In this document: positions 62,056 to 64,000 of the stretch, one piece after another | Numbering within the stretch: position 1 is the first letter of the stretch | Layout: every line of letters begins with the position of its first letter | Source: an uncultured Gammaproteobacteria bacterium | GTDB lineage: Bacteria; Pseudomonadota; Gammaproteobacteria; Steroidobacterales; Rariloculaceae | Length of the DNA stretch: 64,000 nucleotides | Direction of reading: 5' to 3' | NCBI GenBank assembly: GCA_963702105.1 | Contig: OY969712.1 | Span: 4,617,971-4,681,970, forward strand | Notes under the pieces: generated by a model | What the model saw: only the letters and a program-made list of their open reading frames with translations | Told to the model about the DNA's origin: nothing | Databases searched by the model: none | Position numbers and translations under genes: made by a program

Positions 62056-62478
62056 TCAGCGCGCGGCGGCGCCTTCGATTTCCTTCGCGATCCGTTCCAG
62101 CTCGGGGATCCGCGCGAGCGGAGGGGGTTCCGGCAAACTGCGCAGGAACGTGTAGATCGCATCCGCCTCGGCGTCGCTCAAGAGCTTGACCGTATAGGGC
62201 GGCATGCGGCGAGGCACGGCCGGATTGCGCAGATAGGTCTTGAAGGCCTCGCGCCCCAGCGGCATCGGTACGAGCCGCGCGCCGCCCGGCATGCCCTCGT
62301 AGCCCGCGCCCGAGTACTGATGGCATTCGTAGCAGCCGAAGCGCACATACGCCGCGCGGCCCCGGCCCGCTTCCGTGTCCGCGCTCGCCTGCGGGCGGCC
62401 GGTCGCGGGCAGGCAGAGCATGAGCACGGCGGCGGCGGCGATCGCGCGGTTTGCGCGCCTGATCGCTTCGCGTCGCAT
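62056..62478 (-). CDS. monoheme c-type cytochrome (secreted)
   Basis: 140 aa with a signal peptide and a CYECH heme-binding site. Starts 19 nt after the upstream ThDP enzyme stop. Confidence 0.75.
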   Translation of the reverse strand: MRREAIRRANRAIAAAAVLMLCLPATGRPQASADTEAGRGRAAYVRFGCYECHQYSGAGYEGMPGGARLVPMPLGREAFKTYLRNPAVPRRMPPYTVKLLSDAEADAIYTFLRSLPEPPPLARIPELERIAKEIEGAAAR

Positions 62479-62497
62479 TAGATCCCCGCCCTCGGCT

Positions 62498-64000
62498 TCA
62501 TCTCGGCTGCGTCACGACGTCGATCAAGGCCGGTTCGCCGCGCTTGACGCGCTCGATGCCGCGCATCAGCGCACCGCGCAGCTCGCCCGGCTCGGTGATC
62601 GGGCCCTCGCCGTAGACTCCGAAGGACTCGGCCATCTTCGCGTAATCGATGTTCGGCTCCGTCAGCGTCGTTCCGATTCGCGCACGGTCCGCGCTGCGGT
62701 TGTGCCAGTTCGCCATGCGCTGCATGAACATGACTTCCTGGTGGTAGGCGCGGTTGTTGTGCATGACCGTGAGCAGGGGGATGCGGTGGTGCGCGGCCGT
62801 CCACAGCACGGCCGGGCCGTAGCAGAGATCGCCGTCGGTCTGCAGATTGACGGACAGCCGCCCGCGTCGGCGGTTCGCGAGCGCCGCGCCGACCGAGGCC
62901 GGCGCGCCGTAGCCCATGCCGCCCGCCCCTTGGGCCCCGATGTAGCGGTAATGCCTGTCCATGTTCCAGAGCTTGCCGGGCCAGCCGCTCAAGAATCCCT
63001 GCGGCGAGACGAGCGACCAGTCCTCCTGCTCGATCAAGGACCACAGCTCGGCGCAGAGCCGCGGCACGCTTATCGGGACGGCATCCCAGCCGGCGCGCGC
63101 CCCCTCGAGCTCGCGCAGCCGGGCGGCGGTATGCACGCGCCCGAGCTGCTCGCCGCGGCGGGCGAGCTCGCGCTTGCGGGCCGCCGAAAGCTGCCGCCGT
63201 ACCTCCTCGATAAGGGCGGGCAGCGAAGCCTGCGCATCGGCCGCGACCACGAGGTCGCCGGCCGCGGGCGGTGGCGAGATCTCGAAGTTGCCCGTCATGA
63301 GCAGCTCGGCCGAGCTGATCGTGAGCTGACGAGGAGCGGCGCCTTCGCGGCCTGCGGTCTCGAGGTTAAGTATGACGTCGGCGGTACCTTCTCCGTCGCC
63401 TGCGAGCGGATGGCGCGACGGAAAGTTCACGCGGTCGCTGCCGCCGTGCACGGGCGCCTGCAGCAGCTCGGCCAACTCGACGAGCAGATCGATGCCGGCC
63501 TGAGAGCGGGCCGCGCGGCCGCAGACGATCTTGGGGTTTTCCGCCGCCACGAGGGTTTTCGCGATCTCGCGCAGCGAGCCGAGGTCGGCGGCGGGCGGCT
63601 CGGGCAACGTAAGGCGCGGAATGCGCGGGGACTTGGCCGGCATCGGCGCCTGCTGCATCTCGAGGTCCGCGACGAGCAGCACGGGCCCCGTCGGCGGAGT
63701 GACGGCGAGCCGGTAGGCCTGCACGGCCGAGGCAGCGAAATCGCCGAGGGAGAGCGGCTGGTGGTCCCACTTCACGAAGTCGCGCACCATGGTCGCCATG
63801 TCGGTGGCCGCATGGGCGCGCACGGCGTCGCGGCCGAGACCTGCCACGATGAGCACGGGCACCCGGTCGCCATAAGCGTTGTAGATCGCCATCGAGGCGT
63901 GCTGGAGCCCGATCGTGCCGTGCACGAATGCTGCCATCGGCCGGCCCTCGATCTTCGCATAGCCGTGCGCCATGGCGACCGAAGACTCTTCGTGGCAGCA
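62498..64000 (-). CDS. thiamine-diphosphate-dependent enzyme (acetolactate synthase large-subunit-like); 5' end outside window
   Basis: The frame stays open to nt 64000 (..CCHEESSVAMAHGYAK..). ThDP-binding ..GAQGAGGMGYGAPASVGAA..LQTDGDLCYG..NN... Confidence 0.8.
   Translation of the reverse strand, partial: CCHEESSVAMAHGYAKIEGRPMAAFVHGTIGLQHASMAIYNAYGDRVPVLIVAGLGRDAVRAHAATDMATMVRDFVKWDHQPLSLGDFAASAVQAYRLAVTPPTGPVLLVADLEMQQAPMPAKSPRIPRLTLPEPPAADLGSLREIAKTLVAAENPKIVCGRAARSQAGIDLLVELAELLQAPVHGGSDRVNFPSRHPLAGDGEGTADVILNLETAGREGAAPRQLTISSAELLMTGNFEISPPPAAGDLVVAADAQASLPALIEEVRRQLSAARKRELARRGEQLGRVHTAARLRELEGARAGWDAVPISVPRLCAELWSLIEQEDWSLVSPQGFLSGWPGKLWNMDRHYRYIGAQGAGGMGYGAPASVGAALANRRRGRLSVNLQTDGDLCYGPAVLWTAAHHRIPLLTVMHNNRAYHQEVMFMQRMANWHNRSADRARIGTTLTEPNIDYAKMAESFGVYGEGPITEPGELRGALMRGIERVKRGEPALIDVVTQPR

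Noticed and set aside
1-64000. tRNA, rRNA, tmRNA, transposase, integrase or prophage genes, or an obvious horizontally acquired island.
   Set aside because: I saw nothing resembling them. Composition appears uniformly GC-rich except for short AT-rich regulatory spacers. This is an eye-scan only, so tRNAscan, Infernal or IS searches could still find small elements.

Overview
This is a very GC-rich chromosomal segment (roughly two-thirds G+C by eye, not computed). It looks proteobacterial: beta/gamma-type petA, ccoNOQP-GHIS, msrPQ, and nrdAB with an NrdR box. About 60 tightly packed protein genes; I recognised no rRNA, tRNA, CRISPR array, transposase or integrase. All family assignments come from reading the supplied translations and remembered motifs, with no database search. 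Coordinates of nucleotide-level motifs were anchored to the ORF track and may be off by 1-2 nt.

Gene content, left to right:
- acyl-CoA dehydrogenase 3' end, then the minus-strand run nrdA-nrdB-GT4-debranching-enzyme-like
- msrPQ, two MFS transporters, three GNATs
- a small membrane peptide + HipA-like kinase + DUF3037::GNAT module
- bactofilin, ftsH
- a divergent pair of citrate-synthase homologues, one fused to an HTH
- GST, amidohydrolases, and a decayed DUF222/HNH gene
- beta-carbonic anhydrase and an ADOP-type permease
- a two-component system divergent from a PspA-like/membrane/VWA/CMD operon
- the complete cbb3 oxidase plus maturation cluster
- a Rieske oxygenase / PLP decarboxylase / ATP-grasp trio
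- an MIP-GH15-SDR operon and an orphan Rieske petA
- LigB/LigJ-like aromatic cleavage genes, two secreted unknowns, LysR, cytochrome c, and a ThDP enzyme truncated by the window end

Most noteworthy:
1. The uncharacterised kinase/DUF3037/GNAT module at 12.7-14.7 kb.
2. Two adjacent stress-system genes (response regulator and PspA-like), each broken by a +1 frameshift at the same NTT-CGA-G context.
3. Three short perfect or near-perfect tandem duplications, each spanning a stop codon.
4. The HTH-citrate synthase pair.
5. A possible small biosynthetic cassette at 47.7-51.7 kb.
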